This document shows positions 48,194 to 61,907 of a DNA stretch of 64,000 bases, in pieces (the stretch's first letter is position 1; each line of letters opens with the position of its first letter). The position numbers were made by a program, and so were the translations under genes. This DNA comes from a virus (lineage: Duplodnaviria; Heunggongvirae; Uroviricota; Caudoviricetes): the IMG/VR virus record IMGVR_UViG_3300001528_000192, positions 1-64,000 of that record, one strand, 5' to 3'. Under the pieces are notes generated by a model. That model was not told where the DNA came from. It saw only the letters and a program-made list of their open reading frames with translations, and did no database searches.

Positions 48194-50463
48194 TGGTTAT
48201 GGAAGAAGTTAAAAGGAAAAGAGGACGACCTAAAAAGGTTAAACTCCCAGAGGAAATAAAGACTTTGGTACAAGAAGTTAAGCAAGAATAGAAACCAGAC
48301 TTAATTAAAGTAGAGGAATCTGTTCCAGAACCAGAAAAATCTTCAGAGTGGGACGTTCCAAAGGGGGAATATATAAAATTCTTCGATAAAAGGCTTTCTT
48401 ATGAGCTAACAGGCTATAAACCAATTACTGAAACTTAGGGGTTGGATTTTGATCCAAGTTGGTTCACCGTTGCAAGGGATACCTACATAAGAACTGGAAA
48501 GTATTGTAGCTATAGAATATACAGTAAACCTTATAATGATTTCTGGCATGAAGAATACCGTAGATGTCGAGAAGGGTATACTGTAAATGGATATACTTTA
48601 ACTGGTCCAAACTATTATTACCTCAACTACTATCAACTTCCTAATATTGATGTTGAAATAGCAGGTAGTGGACGTAGTTAGATATTTCCTAAGTTCTTGG
48701 TATTTCAGTATGAGTTCTTTCACTACTTTGAGATATGTAGAAGGGAGAAAAAGGATGTATGTTTAATGAAGTCCCGTGGTATTGGATTTAGTGAAATAAA
48801 TGCTGCCATTTGTGCATGCATTTACAATTGCTTCAGAAATAGTAAGTGTATGATTACCACGAGTTTATCTAACTATTTGGAGAAATCTCTTGATAAGGTA
48901 TGGAATGCACTTAGTTTCGCAAATGAACATACTTAGGGAGGACTTGCTAAACTTCGCCAGGCTAAGGACACATAGTTCTTAAAAAGAGCATCTACTTTAG
49001 TAAAGGATTCAAATGGTATAACATCTGAAACTGGATGGATGTCTTAGATTGAAGGAGTAGTAGCTGAGACTGATGCTAAGATAAGAGGCGACCGTATTGA
49101 TTTACTAGTATATGAAGAGGCTGGTTCTAATTCAGTCTTAAGAAAATCATACATTAAGGGAAAAGCCCTTATATATATTGGAGGTACTAAGTTTGGAATT
49201 AGACTTGCGGGAGGTACTGGTGGAGATAAAGGTGCAGCTTTATAGGGACTTAGAGATATATACTATGACCCAAATGGATTTGACGTCCTTCCGTTTTATC
49301 ATAATTATACAGAGGGTGGAGAATGGGTTTATACTGGATACTTTATTCCATCATACATAGGTGCTATTACAGAGTACGGTACTGATATTAACGGAGTAAG
49401 ACGACAATTACTCGATAAAAGAGGCTATTGCTTATGGAAGAATTATAAGGAGTAGCTAGATTTGGATAGGGCTAACCTTTCCTCTAATCCTAGAGCATTA
49501 ATTGATCACTCTGCTGAGTATTGTTACACAGCAGAAGAAGCGTTTGCTTTGGAAGGTGATAACAAATTCAATAAAGTAAATATTGCTGAATAGCTTACAA
49601 ATATACGTGCATTGAAGAAATGTCCCCCTATAGAAAGAGGTTATATTGAATATAAATTCAAGGATGGAGCCCATGTTTAGTAGAATATAGATGGCTTCAA
49701 GTGGATTCCTAATTAGAGTAGTAAACTCTAGATATTAGAACACCCAATATGGACTTTGCCCCCAGTTGAGGACGAGAACGGAAAAGTAACTTGGAGACCT
49801 CCTACTGAAAAAGTTAGAAATTTATATGTAATAGGAATAGATGGTATTGATATAGGCGCAGCCCAAACTTCTGAAGCTACAAAGGATCCATCAGACTTTT
49901 GCCTTGTTGTTTACAAGAGAGCATATGGAATGGAGGAACCAAAATTTGTAGCACTTTATAAGGATAGACCTAATGATGTTAGGGAATGCTATAAGATAGC
50001 TATTAAACTAGCATAGTATTATAATGCTGTTATAAATATAGAGGCAACCAGATAGAGTATAATCCCATATGCGAGAGAGAGAAAGCTTCTTAATCTCTTT
50101 ATGAAGAGACCTAGGGCTACTCTTGCAGACTCTGCTAGGAATACTAATAAACAGTATGGAACTCCAGCAACTCCAGCAATTATAGATCATCAAACAGATT
50201 TAATAGCTGATTATATAAATGACTATTGTCACCTTATATGGTTTGATGAAATGCTTGATGAGTTCAATAGGTATACTGATGAGAATAAGAAGAAATTTGA
50301 TATTGTTGCAGCAACAGCAATGGCTTTGTTAGCAGATGAGGAATTGCAAGGAACAGTACCTAAAGTTGTAGAGGAAGTCAAGGATACCTGGCAAGATATA
50401 GGATTTTACACAGATGAATATGGAAGAAGGCGCTATGGAACACTCCCAAAACACGCTTCTTAG
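48193..50463 (+). CDS. terL: TAG-recoded terminase large subunit
   Basis: Five ORF-track fragments (48442.., 48697.., 49756.., 50101.., all with start%3==1) fuse with the ATG at 48193 when TAG is read through, about 13 TAG in total. Motifs are KSRGIGFSE (a deviant Walker A typical of terminases), DLLVYEEAG (Walker B) and VIGIDGIDIGA...DPSDFCLVVY (the RNase-H-like nuclease domain). Confidence 0.7.
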
Positions 50464-50494
50464 ATACGATTTAATAATAATTTTGGATAGTTAT

Positions 50495-50803
50495 ATGACG
50501 ACTTAGGACCTAGAACAAGTAATACAAGACTATATTCTGGATATTTATCATAAGAAATATATAGGTAGAATGGTCATAGAGAAACTAAATCCAGTAGGAT
50601 ACTGCATTAAGCTAGGGATGGATCATGATCACTAGCCAATAGTTATTTACGCAGAACTAGAGGATGATAAGTTTCTTAAATTCCTCAGGCAAGAACTTAA
50701 GGATAGGCGTTTCAACCTAGTATACTATGGTAAACTATAGTTAACTTACCCATATGATTGTAATCCAATAAATACAGCATGTAGTTGTCATGACAAAGGA
50801 TGA
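50495..50803 (+). CDS. Small TAG-recoded hypothetical protein
   Basis: MTT[Q]DLEQVIQDYILDIYHKKYIGRMVIEKLNPVGYCIKLGMDHDH[Q]PIVIY...CSCHDKG ends with TGA at 50801. Confidence 0.3.
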
Positions 50804-52970
50804 ATTAATAGAGAAAACGGACAAGGCAATATCTGAACTAGTCTACCCTAAATATGATTTATAGAAAGCATATAACTACTATAATGGTGTAAGAGATTCA
50901 GACTAGTTCAGATACCTAGAGGAAGTGTATGGAGCAAATGCTCCAACTACATTACATTTCACCCCTTTAATAAAGAAACATATTGATGCCCTTATAGGAG
51001 AGTACTTAGGAACTCCTATAATTCCAAAAATATTTTGTAAGGACAGTGAAACAATAACCAATATAGATAGAGAGAAGCAATTAAAGATCGCTTCTGAACT
51101 CCATGAGTATTTGAAGAATCATCTTAGAAATTCTGTTCTCAACTTTATAGATGGAAAGAATATCAATGATGGTCTTATTGAGTAGCAACTGAAGAGAATA
51201 GTGGAAGATATAAATAATACATTTGTATCAGAATATGAGATTGCTGCATAGAACGTAATAGAATATATTATGCAATCTAGAGATACTGATATCATTACAG
51301 TATTAAGAGATCTTCTTCTAGATCTTTTAATTACTGGATATGCCTTTTATAGAGTTCTACCTACAGTAGAAAATAATAGCATTAGAATCTAGGCTCTAAG
51401 CCCATTAAATACTTTCATTGATAGAAACTTTGAATCTCCATATATTAAAAACTCTTATAGAGTTGTTGTAAGAAGCTGGATGACTAAAAACCAAATCCTA
51501 AATGAATATGGTAAAGAAATGAAAGCATCTGATAGAAAACTTTTAGATGAAAAGTGGGATTCTGTTTACGAAAATGCTATGTACTACGTCAGAATGGGGG
51601 AAACCAATGGTATTCCAAATACAGACGGTGTTCAAGCTGGAGTAGAAGTTACTCCTGGCTATCCTGATAGTAAGTCCGGACTAACTCATGAACTTATCCC
51701 CGTTTACGAAGTAGAATGGTTAGAAACTGACAAAGATTTCATAATGCAGAGATATAGAACAGTTAGAATTGGAGAACAAATCTATATACTTAGGGGGAAG
51801 GATGAAAAAGTTATGAGAACTAAATCTAATCCTTCTTACTGCAGTCTCTCTGTTAATGGTATATATTTTTTGAATAGAGGAACGAAACCTTATTCAATGG
51901 TTCTAGCCTGTGCTCACCTCCAAGATTAGTATGATCTTCTGAACTTTTATAGAGACAACCTTATTGCTAATAGTGGTACAGTAGGGGACTGGATTGATTT
52001 AACATTAATTCCTGCTGAGCTAGGTGTAAATCTTCCAGAACGACTTATAAAGTGGTAGGCTCTGAAGAAACAAGGGCTAGGAGTTCTTGATTCCTCTTAG
52101 GAGGGACGATTGGCTTCTGGGCAAGCTCCATTAAATACTATTTTTAATGGTTTTGATAATACTGTTAAAATGTAGGCTGTTCAAGCTATATAGGTAGCAA
52201 TAGATGCTATAGAGCAAACTACCTCCTCTATTACTGGAGTCTTTAGAGAAAGGCTTAATGGTATTGAGTAGAGAGATGCTGTGACTAATGTTAAAATTGG
52301 ATAGAACAACTCATTTATTATAACTAAATAGTATTATCACTAGATGGACTTAATAGTAAATGAGATGCTATTAGACTGTTTAAATCTTGCCAAAGTTGTA
52401 TTCAAGAATGGATTAACTGGAACTATTATACTAGGAGATAAGTATCAAAGAGTATTTACTGCTCTTCCTGAATATTTTACAATAACTGATCATGATATTA
52501 GGATTGTTACTAGTACTGATATTGTGAAGGATTTGGAACAAATAAAGAATATTATTCCTGAATTTGTTAAATCTGGCGGTCTCCCTCCCGACATTATTAT
52601 TGAAGCCATAACTAGCAAGAGCTTACCAGATCTTAAGTACAAGGTAAGAAAAGCTATGCAAATCTAGAAGGATGAAAATAATTAGATGTAGCAACTAAAT
52701 TAGCAAAATTAGTAGCTCTAGTAGTAGCTCTAGGAAATGTAGAAACAGTTACAGGAGGCTCAGAAGAAAGTAGAATCTCTTAATCAAACTAAACTACAGC
52801 TTGAACAAAAGCAGCTTGAATAGAATTATAAGATTGAAATGTATAAGGCTAATACAGATAGGTCTTATAAGGAGGCTACTGTTGAGGAGTAGAAAAGAAG
52901 AACTTAGGTTGAAATAGCGCAGTTAACAGATGGGAATCCTTACAATGATAAAATTAGACAAATTGATTAA
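50790..52970 (+). CDS. TAG-recoded large virion protein, portal-like by position, with a TAG-dense Gln-rich C-terminal tail
   Basis: Fragments 50925.., 51480.. and 52344.. (all %3==0) join from the ATG at 50790 to TAA at 52968-52970, about 726 aa. The assignment as portal rests only on its position after terL and its size. Confidence 0.4.
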
Positions 52971-53686
52971 TGGAACTGAAAATTAAAATAATTACTTGTA
53001 ACGCCTGTGATAATTGTAAGGTTACTGTGCAAGACAATAGCACTTATTTATCAGAGGATAACATAGGAACTGTTAAGGGAAAATTTAAATTCTCCGATAC
53101 AGTGTCTATAGATATACTTTAGCTAAACAAGTCTTAGGAATCTGTATACTTGAACCCTACATTTACTGATCATTCTTCGTTGAATAATTCTACCTTATAG
53201 GTATCTTCTGATGGATGGTATAGTCTAGTTCATATTGTACTTCCCTCTAAGGAATGGTTTAATAGAGAATTAGAAAAACAAGACGGTTCTGCTCTAGGAT
53301 TGTATAATATAGTATACTTTGCAAGCGATAATAAAGTATATAAATATATAAATGGCAGTACATCAGAAGTTGATTTATCTGAAGTACTAGAAGTAAATCC
53401 TGTAAATACAACAATTTCGAAAACATCAGAAGACTTTGTATCTATTTGTTTTTTACGAAAATGTTATATAAATTTGTGCAAGCAAATTCTAAACGATAGA
53501 GGATTCTCCTCTTGTTGGAATAAAAATAAGATAGATAGTGAATTAATATATAAAAGAGATCTAGTCTGGATGGCAATTAATGTCATAAAATATCTCACAG
53601 AGTGTGAACAGCTTGCGGAAGTTGAGAGACTAGTTGAGATAATTAATGGATGTAATGGCTTATGCTCTTCGTCTAGCTCTTCTTAG
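52970..53686 (+). CDS. TAG-recoded hypothetical protein
   Basis: MELKIKIITCNACDNCKV... runs through three TAG into ORF-track 53300..53686. Confidence 0.4.
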
Positions 53687-53890
53687 AATAGTAGTGGATG
53701 TGGATGCTCTAAATAATTTAAAGAAAAAGGTATCTGAGGAATTTTTCTAGCTCATGTGTAAAGTTAGAAAAGGATACAAACCAGACTATGAATTTATATT
53801 AGAAGAGATTTCTTTTATAGACCTAATAAAGAATAGGGAAATAGATGATAAATTATCTTTAACTGCATTATAGTACTATTTAAATAACAA

Positions 53891-55690
53891 ATGGCAGATA
53901 ATTCAATCTTAACTCCAGGATGCTAGGATACCATAGACACTCCTACAACTGTTGATGAATCTGTTCAATATTTAGAGAAGGATAACTTCCTATCTGAGTA
54001 TGAAAATGAATCAGAGAAATCAGTAGTAAGGGAAAATCTAAATGTGTATCCAAAGAATGCAGTATATACCAAGGATGAAACTGATGCCAACATTGCTACA
54101 ACAGTAACAACTGCTGTCAATAAGCATCTTAGTGTTGAGGATCCTCATGGAACCTTGGATACTGTAAGAGAGATGATTGCAGACATGGCTAAAACAGATG
54201 GAAGTACTCCATTTACATCTCCTCAAGTTGGAGTTGAGCCTGTTTCTGATAGTCATCTAACAACAAAGAAATTTGTAACTAGATTATTAAATGAGCATAC
54301 TAGATTAGTTGGGTCTGATGATCCACATAAAATATTGCCAGAGGTAGAAACTATTTTAGAAAAATATGTTAAGTCCTCTGATGTGTTTACTAAGTCCTAG
54401 CTTTATACAAAGCAAGACGTAGATAATTTGTTAAAAGCTTTCTTAAAGAAAGACGGAAGTACTCCATTTACTATCGCTCAGATAGGAGTTGACCCAACTA
54501 TAGATAGTCATCTAGCCACCAAGCGGTATGTAGACAAGACTCTCTACGCCCACTTGGTAGATGTTGACCCTCATGGTTTCTTAACTATATTAAATCAAAG
54601 ATTAGCTTCTTATGCCAAGATAGCTAATGTATATGATAAGACTCAAACATATTCTAGAAGTCAAATTGACGCATTTATCAACAAATGGGTTCAAGAAGCC
54701 GTAGCAGAAGCTATTGCAGAATATATGGAGACAGTTGATGATAGATTTGAGTCTATACGTCAAGACAGATATGTTAAGCAAGATGGATCAGTTCCATTTA
54801 GAAACCCTCAAGCGGGTGTTGATGCTATTGAGCCAGAACATCTAGTAACTTTAAAGTAGGTGGAAGATAGGACTTCTGAAATAAAGGAGGACTTAGAATC
54901 TAAAATATAGGACAAGGAATGTTTATGGATTACATCTGGTCCAGTAGAATCCACAGTCGGGCATGTTGAAGATAATACTCCTATGCCTGCTACTATGACA
55001 TTACAGGAAGTATGTGATGCTATATTCTATGGCAAAGGTATTTGCATGGAGGTACCAGACTATGTAGTTATAACTAAGAAATGTCCTGTTACTCTATGTA
55101 TTCATGGATCAACTGGTTTGGTATAGGTTGCTCAACTCTTCCAAAATGGAAAGTTAATTTATACCTTTACTGGTGATGATTTCAAGGATGGATGTATAAC
55201 TGTAGACAGCGAACCTCTTCTAGAGGATGCCGAATTTGTATTCAGAGTAACTTATACAAATGGTTCTGTCCACGAGGAAACTGCTACAGTAAAGTGCTAT
55301 ATGCCTGTATTTGTTGGATTACTCCCTAAGTGGAAAACAGGAAGTACAATTACTATGGATTATTTAATCCAGTTATGTGAGGAGGATACAGAAGGAACAT
55401 AGAATCGATTCATAAACTATGGAGGAGACTTGAAATCCTTTACATTTAAGTATGTATTCTCAGATGCTTCCCTTCGTCATCCATTCATTGTACTCCCAGA
55501 GGCATATCCAAATCTAGACACCATGGTAACTAAGTCATAGAGTTTTGGAATTGATGCTTTCGATGTAATTAACAATATTCCTCTATCCGTACCAGGAGTG
55601 GAAAAAGATATTATATTTAAAGTATATATTTATAGGTAGGCTTTAGCTACCCTTAACTAGGAAGTAACATTTAATTTTGAAAGTAAATGA
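53891..55690 (+). CDS. TAG-recoded structural protein with three tandem ~45-aa repeats
   Basis: The ATG at 53891 joins fragments 54044..54400 and 54428..54859 (%3==2) and ends with TGA at 55688-55690. The repeats read DGSTPFTSPQVGVEPVSDSHLTTKKFV, then DGSTPFTIAQIGVDPTIDSHLATKRYV, then DGSVPFRNPQAGVDAIEPEHLVT. Confidence 0.45.
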
Positions 55691-58600
55691 GCCAGTTTAG
55701 TGAAATGATGGGTAGCTTTATAAGGACTGGTAATTATCCTATGGAGGCTAATTACATATTCCCTACAGAAGCTGCTCTAAAAGAATTTTACAATGATCCT
55801 ATTAATGCTACAACTCTTCATAAAGGTCTGCTAAAAGTAGTGGAAAATGGTGGAGATGGAAAGCAAGCATTATATTGGGTTGTTAAAAAGCAGACAAATG
55901 ATGACTTAGAGTTTGTCAAGCTTATAGAAAATATAGATATAGATACTATTGATGGACAATTAGAAAGCCTTTAGAAGGAACTTGAGGAAGAAATCAAGAA
56001 TAGAAAAGATGGAGAAACTGCCATCTGGGGAACCAATGATCCTACTAATGTACCTGAGGAACTGAACAGTTTATTGGACTTAGCTACCGCTGTAACTAAT
56101 CTTATAAAGGAAGTTCAAGATATTCATAAAGAATTGATTGACTCAGATGAATCAATTCATAAATCTCTAAAGACAGAAATAAAGGCAACTGTTGGAACAC
56201 AGGAGGATGACATTGTTTCTTACCTAAAGACTCTTCCTTATAAATCTCTTACTGAAGCGGCTAATGCTCTCAACAAGTTCCTTAATACCACTGATGCTGA
56301 CTCTAATTAGATAAATACTCTTCCAGAACTTTAGTTCTTCTTAGAAGGGTATACTGATACTCAGAAGCTGCGTCATGTGCTATTGGACTTACAGGCAGAG
56401 ATACTGGGAAATCCTCTTCCTACATAGGAATTTAGAACTCTTCGTGCTATAGAAGACTTTGTAAGAATCTTAAAGGCTGATTCTGAAACATCTGACAAGA
56501 ACATACAATCTGAATTAGACAACACTCAAATTGGTGTTGGACTTAGTGGAGATGGCTCCTATAATGCTGACAAGGAGACTTACTACCTAAAAGATGCAAC
56601 ATCCATAATGAATGCCCTTAAGGTGTTAGATTCCTTGATGTATGAAGCTCTTAAAGGTATTACTATAAAGGCTAGTAATGAGGATGTAGTTGACTTAAAT
56701 GTTAGGAAGGAATTAGAGGGATATGTGATAGGTGCTAAATTGAACCTGTCTAATGTACTTGGAAATGACCTTATAAAGAAGGAAGATGGACTTTACTTCA
56801 ATGTAAAATCTACATATAATAATGGAACTCTTTCTTTATATGTAAACGATAAGTTAGTAGCTCAGCATATTCTTGGATTCTCATCTATTGTTGAGTCTGC
56901 TTTCTACGATTCGTCTAATGAATCAATTGTTATAGTCTTTAAGCTACTTAGTGGAGAAAAACAAACTATTACAATTCCAGTTGGTACTCTTATAAGAGAG
57001 TTGGAAGTGGATAATTCTCAACCTGATAAAGTTGTTGAGCTAGTTAGAGAAACAGTAATTGATGGAGCTGATAAGTTATCTGCTGACGTTCGCATACATT
57101 CTGATAAGCATAATATTCTTAAAAAGGTTGGAAATACTTTATCAGTAGATGGAACTACTGATAGTATTACTCATAATGATAAGACTTTAAGTTCTGTTAT
57201 TGAAGAGATAAAGACTACAGAATCAGAATCTACTTCAACTCTTACTCAGAAAATTAACTCAGAAGTAGATAGGGCTAAGGCAGAAGAAGAGTCTATAAAA
57301 GCCTCTTTAGAAGAAGTAAAGGATAATACAGACAAAGCAATTTCAGATCTAAAATTAAAAGATTCTGAAATGCAAGCGGCAGTATTAGCTGAGACTAATA
57401 GGGCTACAGAGGCAGAGAATAATTTAAAGACTTCAGTTCAAGATCTAAAGGACTCTGATTCAGCTATTAAAGAATCAATTGAAGAAATCAAGATCTCTGT
57501 TTAGAACAATGCTAGGGAGATTACTTCTACTAAGAATCTAATAGGACTTGAGGCAGAAAGAGCTCAAAGTGCAGAGGAAACTCTAACTCAAAGAGCTAGC
57601 GCTATAGAAGCTGAGTTAAGTAATATTAGTAAACAGTAGGTAGATACTGGTAAGGAAGTTGTTTCCCTAACTAATAAGTTGGATGCTGAAATTACTAGAT
57701 CTACTAATAAAGACTCTGAACTCTCTGATGCAATATCTAAAGAAACTGCTAGAGCAACTGAGCAAGAGAAAATATTATCCACGGCTTTAGATACAAAAGT
57801 TGGAGCTGTAACTATAAAGAAAAGTGAAGTAAGCGACCTTTAGTATGTTCTTTACGTTGACGGGAAGGCAGCTGGGGAGATAAATATTCCTGACGATCAA
57901 TTCCTGCAGGATGTAAAATATGACACTACAAGCAAGAGCTTAGTGTTCACCTTTATAACCAAAGAAGGCACTAAGGTGGTATCCGTTAGTCTTTCTGACT
58001 TAATTGATACATATACTGCTGGAGATGGTTTACAACTAGAAGATAACAAGTTCTCTGTAAGGAAATGCCTAGGAAGTCAGAAATATCTTGAGATTTCTGC
58101 TGACGGACTTAGCATCGTTGGAATTGACGAGGCATTAGCATTAAAATCAAACGTCGGAGATTCTTATACAAAGTCAGAAAGTGATGCAAAGTATTTAACT
58201 GAACACTAGGATATTAGTTCTCTTGCAACCAAGGACGAAGTAAAGGTAGTTTCTGATGAAATAATGAAAGTCAATTCTAACCTTTAGAAGGAGATAGAGA
58301 GAGCTACAACTGCAGAAACTGATTTACTTCAGAAAATTGGAACTAAAGTTGAATCGGTAGTTCTTACTAAAGTTACTGACCTTAAGTATGACATAACCGT
58401 AAACGGAGTTAGCATAGGTCAGATTGACATTCCTAAGGACTAGTTCTTGAAATCAGTTACATTAGAGGGGAAATCTACTTTAAGGTTTGTTTTCGAAACA
58501 ACTACTGGTACTGTTGCCACAGATATAAATCTAGAAGATGTGGTAGCCGATGCTTTAGCAGAATTAGAGGCTAAGGTCAACAAGAAAGCAGATATTGATT

Positions 58601-58842
58601 CTCCGGTATTCACTGGAGTTCCTCAAGTAGCTGTATCTCCAGATGCTTCTGACTCCTCTCAAAGGATTCCATCTACTAATTGGGTTAGAGATAGGATTCA
58701 AGAGGAAGTTTCTAAGATAGATGTAACAGCATATATTACTAGAGCAGATGTGGAGAAAATGGTGGCAAAGAAAGCAGATTTAGTAGACGGCAAGGTTCCT
58801 TTGTCCCAACTCCCAGTAAATAATTGGATAGACGTAGAATGA
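55687..58842 (+). CDS. TAG-recoded large tail-fiber-like protein (about 1050 aa, coiled-coil rich)
   Basis: Fragments 55687.., 56074.., 56608.., 57943.. and 58447.. all lie in frame 1 and fuse via TAG. It has long heptad-like acidic coiled-coil stretches and a VSLSDLIDTYTAGDGLQLEDNKFSV module. Confidence 0.5.
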
Positions 58843-60632
58843 ACAACGATATTAAAAGACCTCAAGGAATGAGCCAGTTGGATTACCTCTGGCTCAACTT
58901 TGGAGGTAGGCGTATAGAGAATGAAGCGTCTACAACTCCACAAGAAGACGTATTACTTACAGAAAAGGCTCTAACTGAGCTAATATAGAAATCAACTAAG
59001 GGAGGCATAACTAGCCTACTGTTTGATGATGATCCACTAGATAGTACTATGACTCGTTTGGCTGGTCAGACTTTAGATGGCTCAATCATTACAGTAGTTA
59101 AGATGCCTAAAGAAGTACATGTGGTATCATTTGTTGGAAGAAAGGCTACCCAGGTTGATGTAGATAATGGATTTAAATTCCCAGTAGGTTCTAAGGTACT
59201 AGCAATTACTTTAAGTAATGGAGAAGAATTATTAGTTAGCTTAGATGAATTAAATCTAGTAATATCTGGAGGAGAAACTGATACTATTATCAATGAAGTT
59301 GGAGCAACCGGAGTTGTAAGTTCCAACCTTAAATTGGATAAAGGAAATAATACACTATCCGTAGTTAAGCTTAAAACGTCTAATACTGGATTATATGCGA
59401 CCTTGGATCTTTCTTAGAAAGAATCTGGAGTAGTACTCTCTAAAGAATCAGACGGTTTGCTAGCACAAATCCCTCTTGGAACCACAGGATACAATATTAA
59501 GTTTCAGAACCTGACTTTATCAGAATATTTAAATATTCCTATTAAGGACTCTGGAACACTCTACTTCATTTCTGATGTGCCTTACATATTCTTAGGGTCT
59601 AGAAGGTATGGAGTAAATATGGAACCAGGAGAGGCTCCTATAGTATCTCTAGTTTATGATCCAGATACGATGACTCTCGCATATAAGAGATCTGATGAGA
59701 GTGACATAAGACTCATAAGTCTTGGTCCTGCAAGTGATATTGCAAATGGAATGATGTCTAAAGAGTAGTACATCGAATTAAGGACTCTTAAGACTGCATT
59801 AGACGGAATAGTAAATGTGAAGGACTATGTAGGGTCTCAGGTTAGTAAAGCTGCCATTAAGCTAGAATGGGGAGAGACAGTAGGAACCACTAGGAAACTC
59901 CTTTTAAAGAATGCACTAAATGACATTCTATCAACAGTTGATGTTGATACAGAAAATTATTTAAGCTTTGCTATCAGTAAGGTTGCTGAGGCTGATGATG
60001 TATAGGCTGCTGCTGCACAGGGAGTTGTTATAACAGAAGGGCAACAAATATTAATACTTACTCTAACTTCAGGAGATAAAGTCTATGTAAGTCTTTAGGA
60101 CTTAGTAGATGTTTACACTGGAAAGAACACTAAGTCAATTAATGTATCCATTTCTAAGTCCAATGAAATTAGTGCAGACCTGAACCTTAGTTCTGAGGAC
60201 AAGATGCTCTATGTTTACAAAGATGGGCTCGGATCTAATCTCCAAGTAGTAAGAAAGCCTGGAAAAGTAATAATCTATGGTAAGACATAGACTGAGGAAG
60301 ACAAACTTGGAGAATTTATAGTTGGAGATCCTCTAACACAAAGCATTTTTGTTAAGAGCTTTACAGCTGATACTTATAAGAGTTACCCTCCTAGGAGAGT
60401 TGATGGAAAGGAATATGATCAGTTAACTAATCCTCTAGTTGTTGGAGAACCTTATTTGATTATGAGCTTCAGTCTGGACACTGGAGATCCTTCTACTAGT
60501 TTTGTATATAATGACTATCTGTCATTGCAACCAATGATTAATAGCTTTACATTATCCCCAGAGAAGGGAAATATGTTAGAGAGAGATGAAAACGGATATT
60601 TATATTGTTCACTAAAATGGATTGACGTATAA
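58839..60632 (+). CDS. TAG-recoded tail fiber/spike-associated protein
   Basis: Fragments 59049.., 59457.. and 59817.. (frame 0) fuse from the ATG at 58839 to TAA at 60630-60632. It contains an ...[Q]DLVDVYTGKNTKSI module related to the SDLIDTY repeats. Confidence 0.45.
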
Positions 60633-61906
60633 TGGAATACCTATCTATACCTCATTATAGAGGTCTTAAAGAAAAATATGATGAGCAGAAGCACAGTGAT
60701 GGAATATTCTTCACCACTGATACTCATGAAATTATAGCTAATAAAGCTACCTACGGTGAAACTATTGACACCTGGAACATAGCTGACGGAGTATTGACTC
60801 TTACAATGACCTCTGGTACAACCTTGGAAATTACTTTTGACGAGGCAACAGAGGATGCAAAGGGATTTCTGTCAGCAGAGGATAAAAAGAAGATTAATGC
60901 TTTAGAGGAGAGCTTTGATAAAAAAGTAGATAAAGTTACTGGAAAATCTCTAGTTGATGATACAGAAATTGATAAGTTATCTAAACTTCCAAGTAAGACT
61001 GATTTAGACTCTTCTATAGCTGATGCGAAGAAGGCTGGAACAGATGCTCAAACTAATCTAACTACTCACATTGATGACAAAGATAACCCTCACAAAGTAA
61101 CTAAGACTCAAATAGGATTAGGAAATGTAACGGATGATGCTTAGGTTAAGAGATCTGAAATGGGAGTTGCAGAAGGAGTTGCAACACTAGACGAAAATGG
61201 ATTAGTTCCTTCTAGTCAACTTCCTTCTTTCGTAGATGATGTACTTGAATTTGATTCAAAGGACAACTTCCCTGTTGCTGGAGAAACCGGAAAAATCTAT
61301 GTATCAACTGATACTAATCTTACATATAGGTGGTCAGGAACCCAGTACGTAGAAATAAGTGCGTCCTTAGCCTTAGGAGAGACATCTTCTACTGCTTACG
61401 CAGGTGACAAAGGAAAAGATGTAGCTGATAAGTTAGCTAAGGTTAGAAACACTCAACTATCCCACATCAAGGATACTGATACATTCTCTACTACTGCTGA
61501 AAAGGTTAGTCTCAACTACGATTGCTATGTAGGTGATCAGTACGGTGTAGAGGCTACATCCCACTCTGTGGATATTCCTGTTGCAAGCAAAACTCAGGCA
61601 GGTATTATTACTGCTGAGGATAAGAAGACTATTGATAACCTCGATGACACCTATATCAGTAAAACTAAAGATAGTACTGATGTGCAAATAGCTGATGGTT
61701 CTACTCTTCCTATAGATAAGTTTGTAGGAGATCTCACTTATGATTCAACAACTGGAGAATTATTTGTAGGCTATCCAACTACTAAAGGAGAAACAATCAA
61801 AACTCAAGTAATAGCTTTACCAGAAGCTACAGAAGATACCGCAGGACTCTTATCTGCTGATGACAAGAGTAAGCTTAATACATTAAATTGGGAAACTATA
61901 GATTGA
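60632..61906 (+). CDS. TAG-recoded tail fiber protein
   Basis: Fragments 60632..61144 and 61160..61906 are joined by one TAG. It carries the repeated motif EATEDAKGFLSAEDKKKINAL / EATEDTAGLLSADDKSKLNTL. Confidence 0.5.
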
Positions 61907-61907
61907 T

